Source: Trichinella spiralis
Lineage: Eukaryota
Length of the DNA: 64,000 bases
Direction: 5' to 3'
Assembly (NCBI RefSeq): GCF_000181795.1
Contig: NW_003526944.1
Span: 1,268,498 to 1,332,497, forward strand
The notes under the pieces: model-generated
What the model was told of the DNA's origin: nothing
Database searches by the model: none
Seen by the model: the letters and a program-made list of their open reading frames with translations, nothing else
Program-made: the position numbers and the translations under genes
Shown here: one piece after another, positions 23,934 to 39,638 of the stretch
Layout of the letters: the number at the start of each line of letters is the position of its first letter
Numbering within the stretch: position 1 is the first letter of the stretch

Positions 23934-26900
23934 CTAAGCAACATAAGTGTACATGTTGTAATCCGATGGATCGCGGCTCAAATAATCGCGTTCAATCAAA
24001 CCTTCAATTCGCTTTTTTATCATAATAGGACTCGGCATGAAACGATGCTTCAACTGATTCACTATCTAACATTGTGAGAAAAAGAAAAAAAATACACATG
24101 AATTATACAATAAATTTGGAAAGAAATAAATTCCACACAACTCACTTCGTTCAATAAAACAGTATGGCCCAATCGTTGTCGAGATTTCATAATGCGAACA
24201 ATAGCCGCTTCAACTTCCAATTTTCGCTCTTCTTCAATTTTCCCTCTTGTCTCCCTCTGTTCTGGAACCGTTTCCCCTTTTGCCAACAAAGTCTGAATTT
24301 TCACGCGGAATAATCTACTACTGAATTCTTCGTTTACACGAAATACATCCTCTTCATCTACAATGCGTATACAACAAGATGCAAATTTTCATATCATTGA
24401 CAAATGTGCAAGAAAAAAAATAATCAGTTACGCAAAACAGGTAGTCGATCACCAGTAGTTGTTGCACCTTTCGACTCACGACAAAGTACTTGCTGTGTGG
24501 ACTTTCCAAAAATTAACGAAAGCAATGCTCTTTTCAAATCTTTCTCAGGAATAGCAGTTTGCTCGACAATTTCCTATAGAAAAATGCAAAAGATATACAG
24601 TTGGAATTTTAAAATCAAATATTCATTCACCTTGTATGTATACTGATTCGACTTGTTGAATAGCATTAAGATGCACATCTGATAAGTGGAAACGCACAAA
24701 ATGTGCTTGTGCTTTTTCTGCTTGGGATTAGAAGAAGAAGAAGAACTTTGTGGATAAAATTCCGCGTGCAAGTCAGCTGTACCCAACTGAGGCTGTAAAT
24801 TTAGAATACGTCCACTGTGACTGTTTAGATAAAAACTAAACACAAAAAATGAACATATTTAAATAACACAAAATGTATTTCAACAAATAATTACTGTTTA
24901 AATTTTTCAAAAGCTTCGTTAGCCGCACTTGGCAATATGCATCTTATTGCAGATCCGTGCGTTGGCCAAAACCCAGTAGTCAAAACCGATGCGCTAAAGT
25001 CGATCGGAAGCGCCTAAAACAAAATCAATATTAATCATTTCACAAAAATATTCTGCAATCGTTAATGGAAATGTTCATTTTACAAATTCAGGATGCTCAT
25101 CTCTCATATTTCGAATGTTCTCGTTTATTGTAGCTGACAACTGCATATCTTTGAACATTCCTTCAATTTTGCTCGTAAAATGACACCCACATTCCATCTG
25201 AATTAAGAAAAAGATCATAATAAAACCTAAGAACATGTAAAAATTTATTTCAAATATATATATATATATCACCCTCAGTTTCGCTATGACGCTTTTTTCG
25301 GCATCATCGGCTAACGATCGTGTGTGCAATAAGCGCTTGGCTAAATGCTGCTTGTAATAACGTTCAAATACATCCTTCTCTTGTAAATGTCGAAATAAAA
25401 TCATTGCACGATCCATGACATTTTCCAAATCACTTTCGCTCATCTAAAATCCAATAACAATTTCATAACATTTACTCGCATATGAATGAAACACAAAGAA
25501 AAAAATACCGCTTTAGAACCTTTCTTGAGCTTGTCGTCAATGAACAAACTAAGGTATTCCGGAGACGATGGATTTAAATTGAAGAAATGTTCAAAGTCGG
25601 AACTAATAACCCTCCGAAACAGTGAATCGTTCTCAAATGCCTGAGATAAAAACTGATCAAATCGACTTTTCAAACTCAGAAGATTCTGAAATAAGAGAAA
25701 AAGAAAAAATTAATATTCCAGTCGAATCATAATTCATAAATATTCATGTTCACTTCGATAAACTGAACCGGTGAAGTGGATATTCCATTTGTTAGTTCGT
25801 GCACCAAAGCAGTGCCTTGTTGGCGCAAATAATTCGACATAGCTGAACTCATCACATTCAAGCCATTTGGAACACGCTTCAACAGAAGATACATCGCGTT
25901 TAAGTCTTCATAACGATCCTGAGTCAGCATATGAACCACTCCTGAATTTTCCATGTCGACGATAATACGCATATTTTTACTAATTAACTCCTCTTCTAGT
26001 ACCTAGTTTAATCAATCAAAAGAATAATAACTCATTAAAATAACAGATTCATTATTACTTTTATGATTTTAACTTCCGTCATAGCATCCAAATAATGACG
26101 GGCTCGAATAGATTCTTCATTAATTCGCTGCTGCACTTTCTGTATATAAGCGCTAGCATTGTTTTCTGTCAAGTAACGTAAACCTTCTTCCTAAAAAGAA
26201 AATTTTAAAGTTTGCCTACAAAATTTCTTTTATTATTTCACTCGAAAAAATTCAGCAGACTGCTGCAAAAATGGATTCTCAAAGTCTTCTTCGTAAACTG
26301 TTCGCGCATGTATACCCAAAGCCATGAGCATAAGGCACGCGTTTTTAACGCTCAACCTGCAATATACATGCTACATATTTATATATGAATATTCATATTA
26401 TTAAAATAGAAACTTACATATGTATCGCTTCACCATGCCTCTCTGCCATTATCATATTTAATAATGTATTCGATAAGTTATCTCGAATGCCATTATACCG
26501 GATAACCTCATCACGAAATAATATCAAACCCAAATCATACACCGGATCCACACTGTGCTGACTGACGTAAACACGATCCTAAATAAAGCAAATGTTATTC
26601 AAATTCTACTTTACATTATTCAATCAAATTCAATACCATGTACATCAAAATATCTCGTATCATGATCATGCTTGTTGTGTGTTCATTCCATGCATCGTTT
26701 AAAACTTCTAAAAAATTGCTGTTCTTCATAGCCTTCAACACATCCATACGAATCTAAATTCAAATACAACTATTCATAGAAGATATGACAATGCAAAAGT
26801 TACAAAAAATAACATACCATAATAATAGCAAATATGAGAAGTGTATTATGTAAAAGGCAAACGTAAGCACAAACAAAAAAATAGAAGCAATTTACATATT

Positions 26901-28531
26901 TATAACATTATGCCGTTTCTTTATTAAAAACATAATTTCTTAAACCCTACGCAGCTAACGTAATTTATAAAAAATATCATTAAATATTACAAGTCATATT
27001 TCTTGACCATTCATCGAATCATTTCTTGGTTAGCAAACATAATTTCTCAAATTTATGATAAAAATAAAAATGTCACGTTAAATGATATTAGAAAAATGTA
27101 AAATACTGCCGCAAAATTCATTACTAAAAAAAGCCGCAGTAAAATACATGATTAACATGATCTGAAAACTGACCAACTCACTCAAGCACAAATAAAGAAA
27201 TCATTACACTTTTTGTGATACACATTACTATAAAATCCACAATGATAATGAAGCTAACAATTAAAAAAAATATAATTCATTATCAGGTATTCTTAATTTA
27301 CAAATTACATTCAATTAATTAACATTCGAATCAAATAAATCGTAAATAATAGTTAAAAATCATTAATAAACGTGAAAATTTCAAAATCTATTTTTGATTG
27401 GTGGAAATTGCACATGATTGGCTCATAAGCCGATATTTGTTTAAGATTCACATATTACAGTGCAGTAATTAACATTTAAATAAAATAAATAATATTTGTA
27501 TAGTTATAAAAATACAATACTGCACTGAAAAAATTATCGTAGAAACATTCATACAAAATCAAGAACGCATAAAACTCAACTGTTTTATTCACCTAAATGC
27601 TTAATATAATTTAATTAATTAATGTTCACAGAGATCAGCTCTGAAATCAAGTAAATTTATATTCTTAACATAATCATTTAAATGATCTTTGTAAACAAAA
27701 AAAGTAACTATCTTTTCATTTAATTAAAAAATGAAATTATACTTAAAAAATTGGATGAGGCTAATTTATTGTTCAATAAACATTAAAAATAGAAATAGCA
27801 TGACAAATAATACACTACAAATATCAGAAGAAAATTAAAAAGAAAACTCCATAAAAGTTCATTTAAGTTCAGCAATGCTTTAGTCTAAGTAAAATGTCCA
27901 TCGTCACGACAAATATGTCAATGAAGGTTCTGATATAATTCAGTTTAAAATTTACCTTGAAATTCCAAAGCAAGTTTTGAAACTAATTTTTCATCAAACA
28001 GATTTAATGTAACTGAAGATTAAAATTAAGCTTATCTTATTTTCATTTTATACTATAATTTAGATTAAAATTGCTGGTCAACAATTAAATCAAAAAATTT
28101 AAGTCATTAACCTGGTTTGCGTGACAAACGTGTAAAATTCTCTCTATACAACCGTTAAGAAAACACATCACAAACAAATACGACGTAATGTTCAAAAAAC
28201 AAGAACAACAACAACAACTATTCACCTTTTTCTGAAGATGCTCAGTTATAACTTCTCTGAGACCATTATATAATTTATCACCATGCTTGTGCAAAACTAA
28301 CGTATAAGCGTTACGATAGAGCTCTTCAAATGATAAAACAGAATTGTTCTGAATTTGTATTTTCTGAATTGCGCCACGAAGAAGTTCCCATGTACTCTCT
28401 ACATAAGATTCGTCCATATTCATCTGTAATAAAAATCTATATAAAACAGCAAATCAAATTAATAATTATCATTTTACCGGAAACGCCCTAATGCGCATTT
28501 TATTGCAGCCTTCTTTTTTATGCGCCTTCAT
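23934..28531 (-). CDS. cul-3: Cullin-3
   Basis: [72 protein letters not shown], neddylation motif [10 protein letters not shown] and C-terminal YTYVA*. There is a ~1.5 kb second intron. Confidence 0.97.
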
Positions 28532-29293
28532 CCTGCTACTAAAAAATTTTGTTTTACACAACTTCAAAAGGAGCAAATTTGACAAAATAATTTTCTCTAA
28601 ATTATGATTTTGAAAAAGCAGTTCATTTCTGCGAAAGCCTAATTCTTCAGAAAACCAATTCACCTCGAAAATGAAACGTGCACAGTACAACAACTGTAAC
28701 CCAGATATATTCAAGTTTAAGCATTCTTTTAAATAAACCTTAAAAATTTTTGAAAATTTTATGAAAAATGTTTATTATTTCAAAAAAAAAATACAATTTA
28801 TAAAATGAAGAACAATTTCAAATGAAGAATCTTTCAAGACTCATACGACTAATGATATTGTACTTGATACTCGCAAAAGTCACGAGAAACTAAAATAAAT
28901 TTTCATTATAGCACAATTTATATATCGTTAGTATTATATTAGCATTGTTTGCTAAAATGAAAACTAAATTAAACTAAAATGTCAATACACCTACAGAAAG
29001 AGTAATCAGATTAGTAGCAACTTTTGAAACAAAAAAATGAAAATTTAGTAGTATCGCCTTAATTATTAAAACATGTACTTACTACTTTGAAAAATTATCT
29101 ATTAGAATTATTAGTACCTAAAAGGTTATTGTTAGAAATCATCATTACATAAAATGCACATTAACAATAATCATGTTACATTAATTCTTTATTCCTACTG
29201 TATTTTCTATTTTTACATAATTTCGTAGTAAAACCAAGGTTTTCGTTGTTATACATTCAGTTTTTGCGAATTATTTATTGCGCATTTCACCTT

Positions 29294-29295
<2 letters not shown>

Positions 29296-29335
<40 letters not shown>
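29296..29335. repeat. (TA)n microsatellite
   Basis: Uninterrupted TA run in the cul-3/mL53 intergenic region. Confidence 0.9.
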
Positions 29336-29336
<1 letters not shown>

Positions 29337-29677
29337 CATGAATTTGATGTATGACAATTTTTTGTTTAGTTACAGTACATCTGGGGGCCAATTTAGAAAA
29401 TATTTAACTTGATTTAATTGAATAGGAAATTTTTGCCGAGCACGCACCATTTTACAAAGCAAATAAAATGAGCGCGAATCATTCAGTAATTAAATACATG
29501 ATCAGTGATGATATGCTGGTTCTGTTTGAAGGAAAATAAATATGCTACATAATATTTGAGAATTAACTTACCCTTGAACTTTTTACTTCTTTGCTTATAG
29601 TACGTTATAAATGTGAACATTTCATTTTGTTAAAACTACATCTTACCATATTAATTAGAGCTTTTCAGATAAGTATC

Positions 29678-30153
29678 ATGCCATTGCTTTGGCAAAGAAT
29701 CAGATCTGGAGTTCGATGGCATCCTAATGAACAAGCTGCCAAAGCAGCAGCTGCTATGACGTTGAAATCAGTCAAATCTATTTGTGTGCGTTTTGATCCT
29801 TTTTCTGCAGGAAACCGTTCTATACGGTAAGGGAACATCTGGATTAAAACTTTGTTCAATTTCTTCATTTTGTAGTGAATTTTTAAATGTTGCCATGTCA
29901 GACCGCTGCATTCAGACGAATATGAACTGTCGGGTTACCACCGAAATAAAAAATGACCGTTCTAAGCCCACATTAGAAGTACAATTTGGTAACACAAAGT
30001 TTTGAATTTGTTTACTGTCATATTTTTATAACAGTAAATTTTTTAGAAAATGGGCTGAATCTCATCTGCAATTCGTTCAACATGTCATTACTTGATTTGT
30101 TGCGCGTTTTTAACAAATACTCAACATCTGTCCAAATGCAGTCAAAAAAATGA
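29678..30153 (+). CDS. mrpl-53: Mitochondrial ribosomal protein L53 (mL53), 3 exons
   Basis: LKSVKSICVRFDPF..SIREFL..TNMNCRVTTEIKNDRSKPTLEVQFENG..NMSLLDLL. A TTTTCAG acceptor lies 9 nt before the ATG. Confidence 0.85.
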
Positions 30154-30857
30154 AACGTACTTTTTCCGTGTAGAACATATTTTCTTCAGTTATCATTCTG
30201 GGTTAATAATGATTGATAGTAAATATGGAATGCTACAATTGAACAGATGAATGATGAAATATTCTTAAATAAATAATACAGTATCTCCTCAGTCATATAA
30301 ATTAGAAATGAAATTATTTATTACTGAATAAACTAAGATTACTTTTTCATATTAAAATTACATTAATATAACAGGACAGTTCTTTAAGTATTGCTGTAAT
30401 TGACTCGTGTCCATGTCACACGGTATTCATTAATTGCAATCAGGCATGTTCAGTTTTAAATGCTAATGAAATATTTCATTTACAAACTTTACACGAATTT
30501 CAGTAATTTAATTATGTTTACATATTTATTTTTAATAAAACTTTTACATTTGTAAAGAAAATGTACTTTTTCTCTTGTTTGCATTTTCTTCCGCATTAGA
30601 AAATCAGAAGTGAATTGAAATCTGCCGCATCAAACATCATACTCGACACTGTAATACATGAACTTTTATTAAAGTAAGAACCAGGAAAAAGCATTAAAAA
30701 ACTAAAACTACGTGTAGCAACAAAACCGGTGGAGTGAAAGGTTCTTTAAACGTTTGGTTCTTTAAAATTAACAATCAAAAGCACTGAGGTATCATCTTTC
30801 GAGGGTATTTTTGATTGTTATTAAAAGTGAACTACACCAAAACATCAGCTACTACTT

Positions 30858-31943
30858 TTACAGAGGTGGTGGCTTTTTACAGGCTGGTTCTTGGATCTCA
30901 TCATCGCCCAATGAGCTGAAATACATTTCAATTATTTAGCAAAACAATGCAAAGATGAAATAAAATTCAATTTACTTTTCTGAATTGATGGACAATGATA
31001 TTTCCACAGAATTGTTGTTTTTGTTGTTGTTGTTGTTGAGATTTTGGGCAGCATTCGAATTACCAGTGAGATCATTAGCGGCTCGTTCGCCATCTCTTCC
31101 AGCAAAGACGCTTTCAACTGAGGGTAATGAGTACAACTCCGGCGAAGGCTGTCTCGCTGGCATGTAAGGGCCAGATGAAGGCAAACCATAAGTTGGACTG
31201 TCCATTGGAAACGAAACTCTGTTCTCCCTGAAATAACCCGGAGTCGGACCATCCTGGTTAAAGTACATGTCAGATCCTTCAGATGGACTACCCAAAGAAT
31301 AAACTCGACCCGGTACAGAAGTACTTTGCCAAAGAGCTTCAATACTTGGCATAGATGAACCAGTGGAAGAGGAAAACGGAGTAGTTGGACGATGTCCTTC
31401 CACTTGAGCAGCAAGATCTCCATTTTCAGTCTCTTCCTCTCTTTCGGCGTCACCAGTATTCGAACTTCCATTAAGTACAATATGATCTCTGTCGATTTCT
31501 CTTTCTCCATTTGCGTCCACCGTTGTCACCACGTAAACACATTTCTCTAATGCTCTTAAAAATTTATCAACTCTTTTGTAATTACGTGCTGGATTTAACA
31601 GCAGTTCGCAAATTCGTTGTATGGTGAAAGGTACTCCGTCAAAATCCTGCATACGTTGAATAATTCTTCTCCGATAAGCATTCAACTGTTCTCTACCATT
31701 TGACGGTACCTGCAGATTTCGAATCGCTTCACTTATACTTCTTTCACATTCGTGAATAAAAAATGGTTGTATGATTGACCAGGCAAAAAGTGGTCGTCCT
31801 GTGCGAGACACAAAATCCAAATATTCCATCAGTGTCCGTTTACATTCAGTTTCATCAAAACCAGAGTTCTCATTTCGCTCTGTTGGTGTTGCGAATGTTT
31901 TCAAAGCGTTCAAAAAGTTGTCTTTTTTCGCTTCATTTACCAT
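30858..31943 (-). CDS. PPP4R2: Protein phosphatase 4 regulatory subunit 2
   Basis: FDGVPFTIQRICELLLNPARNY..DKFLRALEK signature followed by an acidic low-complexity tail. A short last exon reads SLGDDEIQEPACKKPPPL*. Confidence 0.9.
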
Positions 31944-33158
31944 TTCTAAAAAAGAAAATCACAATTATGCAACAATTATCCGCAAACCATTGGACACTGA
32001 ATGCACAGACATAGGCAACACTTGGGAAAAAATGATTTGAAAATTAGAACGAAATGCACAATCGAAAGTTTCATGCAAATTTTATTTTTACCATAATAAA
32101 GCATTCTGATTATATGATATACAATTTGAAAATCAGTATACATATAAATCAGAAAAATACATTCTAGATTTCAGATAAGCATTCAATAACAACAACAAGA
32201 TGAACAACATTCAAATAAATTCAAAAATAATTAAAATAAACCTCTATAATTAACAAAAAAAACATCAATACTTGATTTACTTTTCAAAAAGGAGCGTTTT
32301 AACAGTAGTTCTTCAAGTGACAATGCAATTCAGATGAGATAAAAATTAACTCAGAGAAAAACAGCAGCCGCTACAGCAAATATGAATCAATCACTCGGAT
32401 AGGAAAATACAAAACACTGTTTAGTTCAACACTGCACTTCACAACGCAGGAAAACATACAAGAGCAAAATTAAACAGACAGTAATACTACAGTACATTAC
32501 AGAATAATTTCAAAAATCAAGCTTGTATAAAACTGTTGATTTTTTAAATGATGCCTTCGTCATAAGATACATTTAACTGAAAAACTGACAATTTTCATAT
32601 CTTTAATAGTATTTGTAATGACATTATGTTAATCATTTCTAATTTATATCTGTTAAAATGAAGCGCCTTTCAACTGACAGATAAAAAATTTTCGGCAAAG
32701 CATAACAGAAAAGCATTGAGAAATTCTGTTATAAAAATAAATAAAAACACAAAAAGCAAAAAAACACAATAATGCAAAAGCAAAACATTGCGAAATCTAT
32801 TACATACATGAAAGCTTTTGCCTTAAATAACAAATAAAACATGAAAAATATGAACAGTGTATTTTAAAATATTTAGAATTTTAAATACAAATTATAAATG
32901 TACAAATAAAACTTGTTTTAAAATGTATTGTATCAAAAATTGTATCATGTTATATTTATTTTAATTTCATGTATTTGAAAATTGTACTTGCATGGATATT
33001 ACTGTAATTGGTGGTGTGCTGCATTATTAATATATTTTTTATTAAAATTTTTTTTGTTTTTAAAAACCCAAATTTGAAAATATTTCAAGGTAATTTTTAT
33101 AAATTTAATTCGTTTTTTGCAATTTTGATTATGTTTTTGTATAATTTCAGCACTGAAA

Positions 33159-34176
33159 ATGCCTCGGTATACACATGCTATTTTGACTCGCCTCCCTAAT
33201 CGCTTAGAACTTAATGGTAAGACTTTGCACGTGGATCTGACTGGTGCAAAACGACAGCAGGAGGAATTAACGGAAAAGTTGCGTGATGCTGGTGTTAATG
33301 TAATTGAACTAGCACCAGAAGATGTCGATGAATTGTCATCGCTGTTCGTCGATGATTATGCTATTGTTTGCAACGGTACTGCACTAATGACACCCGAACG
33401 CCCTGGGTTTCGCACAAGAGAAGTAAGTTGTTTCGTGTGAATTTTCCTGAATACTGAAAGTTATCGTTTAGGTTGTTGCATTGTTACTGGAATTGGGTTT
33501 CCAAGTGAAGCAAGCTGATGCTGACAACAGCAATTTAAAGCTACGTGGTAGTGACGTTCTTTTCACTGGTAAATTCATTGATATTTCAATACGCATCTTT
33601 AAATGATAGTATAAGTTCATTTGTTTTTTAAGGAAAAGAATTTTTCGTGGGAATTACTTCTGAAACGAATTTAGCAGGTGCAAAATTGGTCGCAAAATCT
33701 TTTCCTGAATATCCCACGACAGCATTTAAATTGCAAGGATCTCATCCATTGAAATACTATGTTTGTACCGTTTTAAACGACGTTCTTGCTGTTGGAAAAT
33801 CAAATGACGCACAAAATACACTGAAGGTATTATAAAAAGTTTTAAATGTTTGTTTACGGCAGCGATTTAGAAAATCGAGAATGAAGCAGTGTACAAATAT
33901 ACAACATTGACATTAAGTGACGATAATGCAGTCAATTGTTTCAACTTGAATGGTACGATATTCACTGGAATGCATAATCATGGCATTGAAGTGAGTCATA
34001 TTTGTTTGTTTGGCTCTTTTTCGGACAAATCAATATTTTTTGCATTTGAGAAATTTCAAAGCATTCAAGAGTGCGAATTGCAGTCGGTTGCAGTCGATGA
34101 ACTACTTCAATTTGGCGGACTTCTCACGCAGCATTGTCTTCTGCTGAAGAAGATGAAATCACCTAAGAATGCATAA
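33159..34176 (+). CDS. Dimethylarginine dimethylaminohydrolase (DDAH) homologue, probably catalytically altered
   Basis: YTHAIL..VDL..AKRQQ, LFVDDYAIVC..ALMT, LRGSDVLFTGKEFFVG..TN..GA and GGLLTQHCLLL. Five exons. Confidence 0.88.
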
Positions 34177-34547
34177 TTGTAAATCTTATATTCAGTCGTA
34201 TATAGATATATATACCTTCGTCATATTATCATTTGTAATTTGTTGTTACTTTTCTTACCTAAAAGTTGTTCCTAGTAGAAGCTTTAAAGAAGACAGATTA
34301 TATTAAATGCGAAATAAATGTTGATAAATAAAAAATTATCTTTATTCTTCTACTCCGAAAAAGAAAACAACAGCAAGCCGCCAACAGTAAAAAATATAAA
34401 TTGTTCATGATAGAATCGCGATGTCTCTAAATTAATCCTTACGAATGTGCAAATGAGAAATTGCAGTTTTAGCAAAATATAACGAAACAATTGGAAACTA
34501 TCTTTTCAGCTTTTTGGAATCATTGCGCGCGGCGTGCAAACTTCTTT

Positions 34548-35457
<910 letters not shown>

Positions 35458-38400
35458 TAACGACAAAAAACAAACGATCGGAGGAAAGTAGCGGGCAGAA
35501 GTTTGATCAAATATCAAAACAGAATATCAACAGATATTGAATGCAAAGAGCAAAGTAGTCAACAAAAAACTAAAAATTATTGAATTAAACATAAATCATG
35601 TAGAAATTGCAGTCAGCGATCGCATTGCAAAAACAGAAAAATAAAAGTTATCAGAAAACTCTAAGCGCGCAACAATTTGTTTTTTCAACCGCATGAATCA
35701 AATAATACAGCCATCTGAATGCTCGACATAGTTAACATTCCATTCATGAACGTTAATCTATTACTCGCTCATTTCGATAAAACATTACACTGCTTATAAA
35801 ATAAAAATTACAATAAAGGAAGAAAACAATTAATGTATAGAAAATTATAAGCAGGCAAAATCATCACAAACTTCAATTAAATAATTCATCACAGTTTCCA
35901 GGAAGTGCCTGTAACATTATTCGATTGAAACAATTTTTTCGTCTATAAATATATTCCAAAAACTCAAGAGTATAAGTGCACTAGTCGGATAAATATATTG
36001 TAAAAAGGAACAACAGCAAGGAAAAGGACATGTGAAAGTTCAAGAACCAGAAAAACAAACTGATCGGCTATTGAAACGCGCCAACAAGAATTGCAAGCAA
36101 AAAGAACAAAGTAGAATATTTCAGCTTTATGAAGAATATCAACGGAGAAAATATTGATGCTTAAACTAAGACTTACTGTAAAACACGATTGATGCAAGCA
36201 TCTTTTCACGAAGAAAAAAATTTTCAGCTATAAGGCCACGACACAACTGAGCGAACATATCTTTGGTACAGGATATTCAGGCTGTTATGTTACTGTAATG
36301 AAAGTTACATAATTTCAAAGCTATTGTCATAAAAGTGAAAAATAAGGTTCAACGAAAATAAAAACTTTAATTTATCGGGCAAAACATATTTCCTTAAGTA
36401 TTTAATTTTCTGTTCATATTTGAATAAATTTTTTTTATAATTGTAGGAAAAATATCTTTATCAGAAGCATATAAGCACAAGGCAATTTCATTAAAACTTT
36501 TTCCTTTACATATATAAGCTGTTTGATTTAAAACCATGAGAGATCTTAATTTTACAGCGATTATTATTTTTCACGTTTGTAAGATGTATAAGGTAAAACA
36601 GTTCAGTCTATAACAGTCAATAATGGGACATTAGCAATTTATTTTTGAAACGAAATTACTCATCGGTCATTTATTTCATATAAAAGCAATATTTCATTGT
36701 GCTAGCCGTTTGAAAGTAATATAAATATTACGTTAAATCTATCAGTGCTTAACGGTGCATTAAATGACTTTTATGCACTGTTCGTTATTCAAAACGTGGA
36801 TAGTTGGCTTAGCGTTAATTTTCAGCAGTTTAACATTTCTTTCTATTTATGTTTCAATAACATTAAGCTGTTTCTCATTAAAAGAAAAATCTACACTCTG
36901 AGAATAACTTGAGATAAAGTTACAGTATGATAAAAAGCAAGTTTTAATTCAATTAAGGGGCGTTCTTATTTATACCTTTTTTTTCTAGTGGCTGATGGTT
37001 TTTAAAATCATAAAAAATATTTTTAATTGAAATAAGTTAAAAATATTATTTTCTATTCCGAAACTTATTATCATAATGCCACTGACAATATATAATAAAG
37101 TAGATAATGGTAAACTGAGATGTTGAAAAAGTTGCTGCCAAATTTTATAGTAAATAAAAACATATTGATACTTTAGTAAAATTTTTTATTACATAAACAT
37201 TTTTATACTAGAAATAAATATAAATTTCATGCGCAATGCTCGTTTCATGTTTAGTAAGTTTGTTTTTGATGAATAATTTATTTTACGTTTTTAATTTTCA
37301 TGATTCTGCTCCATTTTAATGTGTTATTATATTTCTACATACATTAAATACAAACAATGAAATTCAAATGAGACTTTTATTTCATTTGGAAAAAATTTAT
37401 TTTACCTTGTTTCTTCTTTCGGGTCATTCTCACAGCTCGCAATTTAATAGTTATTTACAGAAGGTGTCAGGTAAAAGCTTAACTGCAAACGTGTTAGCTT
37501 AGCAACAAATTCAGCCTTTGTCGGTCAGGCACTTTTGCTTTATGCTAAACATTTTCCACACCAAAATTGCCTCCTATTGTCTTTATAATTGTTTGTTGGC
37601 AAACGTTACGTAAGGACGCCTCTGTAGGTGACCTTTGCTAGAAGTCAAAGAAGCCGCCGCTAAACATTGCAAACATATGCATTATTGATTGTCACTAGTA
37701 TTGCCAGCATGTTAAAATCTGCTGAAATGTTATTTTTCATCAAAACGTAAAAATAAAGCATGCTGTGATAAAACAAAGAAGAACAGTATGTATATGTGTG
37801 TATAAGATGCGAAGATTAATTTATTTTAATATTTGAAAATTGTTGATAATCAGCGACAATGTAGAAGATAATATTCACAAGAATATTTCATAAATTTTAT
37901 CTTTGAAATAAACACGCTTCAAATTGAGCAACAATTGATTTGCTACTTTTGACTGATAGTAACATATAAAAAATATGGAAATAAACAAACCAGAAAGAAT
38001 GAATGAAGTTCAATTTCTATCAGAATGTTTATATGTGAAAGAAAAAATGTCAAACCACAAAGATAATCAGAAAATTAGAAGATCAACCATACCTTCACTG
38101 ACAGCTTCCAAATATGCTCTTGTTTAATGTTTAAATAAGCTTTTGTTACAATTTTGCAGTTAACATTCCTGCCACTGTACGTGATAATTCGCAATGAATT
38201 TTGTTACAATTTGATGTTTACATTCATTTGTTTAAAATTATTTTGAATTTATTAAATAAAATCATGTTGATTTATTATTCACTACATCGTTGATTATAAA
38301 CAATAAAATAGTTTAAAAAAGAAGTGAAATGTGTTCAATAAAAGGAATTTTTCAAATGTACATCAAGCAAAAAGAACAGAGTTGATCAACAGTGTTGATG

Positions 38401-38899
38401 TATGATTCAGTTATTGTTGTTTTTCTTTCTCTTTTTTTTAACATGACAAATAAGTTAATAGAAAATTTTGTAAACAGTTGAGTCAGCTGAGTGCAGCGAT
38501 GAAGTTGCCAAAATGGTTGTTCAAATTTCGACGGTTGGCAAACATCTCAACAACATCAAGCAGATCATGTCGAATGCTGATGACTATTTTTTGTAAAGTT
38601 CTCTTCCAAGTTTAAATTTCACGTATAAATTACTGATTATTTCAAAATTTACAAATCATCCATATTTACAAACAATAATTTGAAAATAATAACTGGTCTA
38701 TGTAAATTATTTTCAGTTGACAATTGAAAACAAACTCATTCGTTGTAATTTAACTTGATCTATATGCACAAAAAAACAATACAATCGTACGGTAATATAT
38801 CTGTATTTACATAATGAAAGGTTGTTCTTCTATTGCAGTATGAACAGAAAAGCTTAATTCTATGCAACAGATAACTGACATTGAACTTGTATTGTTGTT

Positions 38900-39320
38900 A
38901 TTTTATCAGCAGATATTCGAGTGCACTCTGGATAAGAGGAATCATTTTTGAAAAAAAAAGTGCGATGCTTATTTCACGTGAGATTATTTGCGTGATAAAA
39001 TAATTTTCATCACTATTATTAACGGTGATTTTAGTGAAAACAAAAATTAACATTTGCAATCAATGCAGATGCATCTTTGTGTTTTCTTATCAGTGAACAA
39101 CTGTCATCAGTGGAAAATCGTACGTACATGTTATCAGTATATCAAATGATAACAGTGAGAGGTGACAAAGTGAGATTGTTTTTTTTTATTTTAAAATTCA
39201 TTTTTAATAATGCTGAACTTCTATGATTTTCCCTTATCAGTACTGTAATGTTCAGGTGTCCATTTCCGGTGCCCTTCTGTAAGCATGGCAGCAAAATTGA
39301 GCCGGTATAAAGCTTTATCA
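38900..39320. promoter_or_regulatory. Cluster of TGATAA (GATA) sites downstream of the odd-skipped gene
   Basis: CTTATCAGT at 39086 and 39233, GTTATCAGT at 39130, and TTATCA near 38903 and 39315. Confidence 0.4.
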
Positions 39321-39638
39321 TGCCGCTTGTTGTCTATTTGCACAAATGCTAAACGACCGCTAGGCGCCGCTGGCACGGTGGCCCAAGACGGTACTGTACT
39401 CCATCAGTCACTAAATCACCGCCGTGCAAACAGCTAACTTCAAAAGATACCGCCGCCATTAGCGGATCCGAAGCGCAAACGTGCGGAACTGGTCAAGCTT
39501 GTTTTATTGAACAATCTACCTTACACCAGTAAAAAAACGATAAGATAATATGAAAATAATTCTAATAATAAAACAAAGCTTGTGGATACTTTCGGTCAAA
39601 ATTAGAATAGTATTCTTTTTAGTTTAATTGTGTAAAAT

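Noticed and set aside
30932..31510. 192-aa alternative-frame ORF inside PPP4R2
   Set aside because: It overlaps the low-complexity tail, with no independent evidence of coding.
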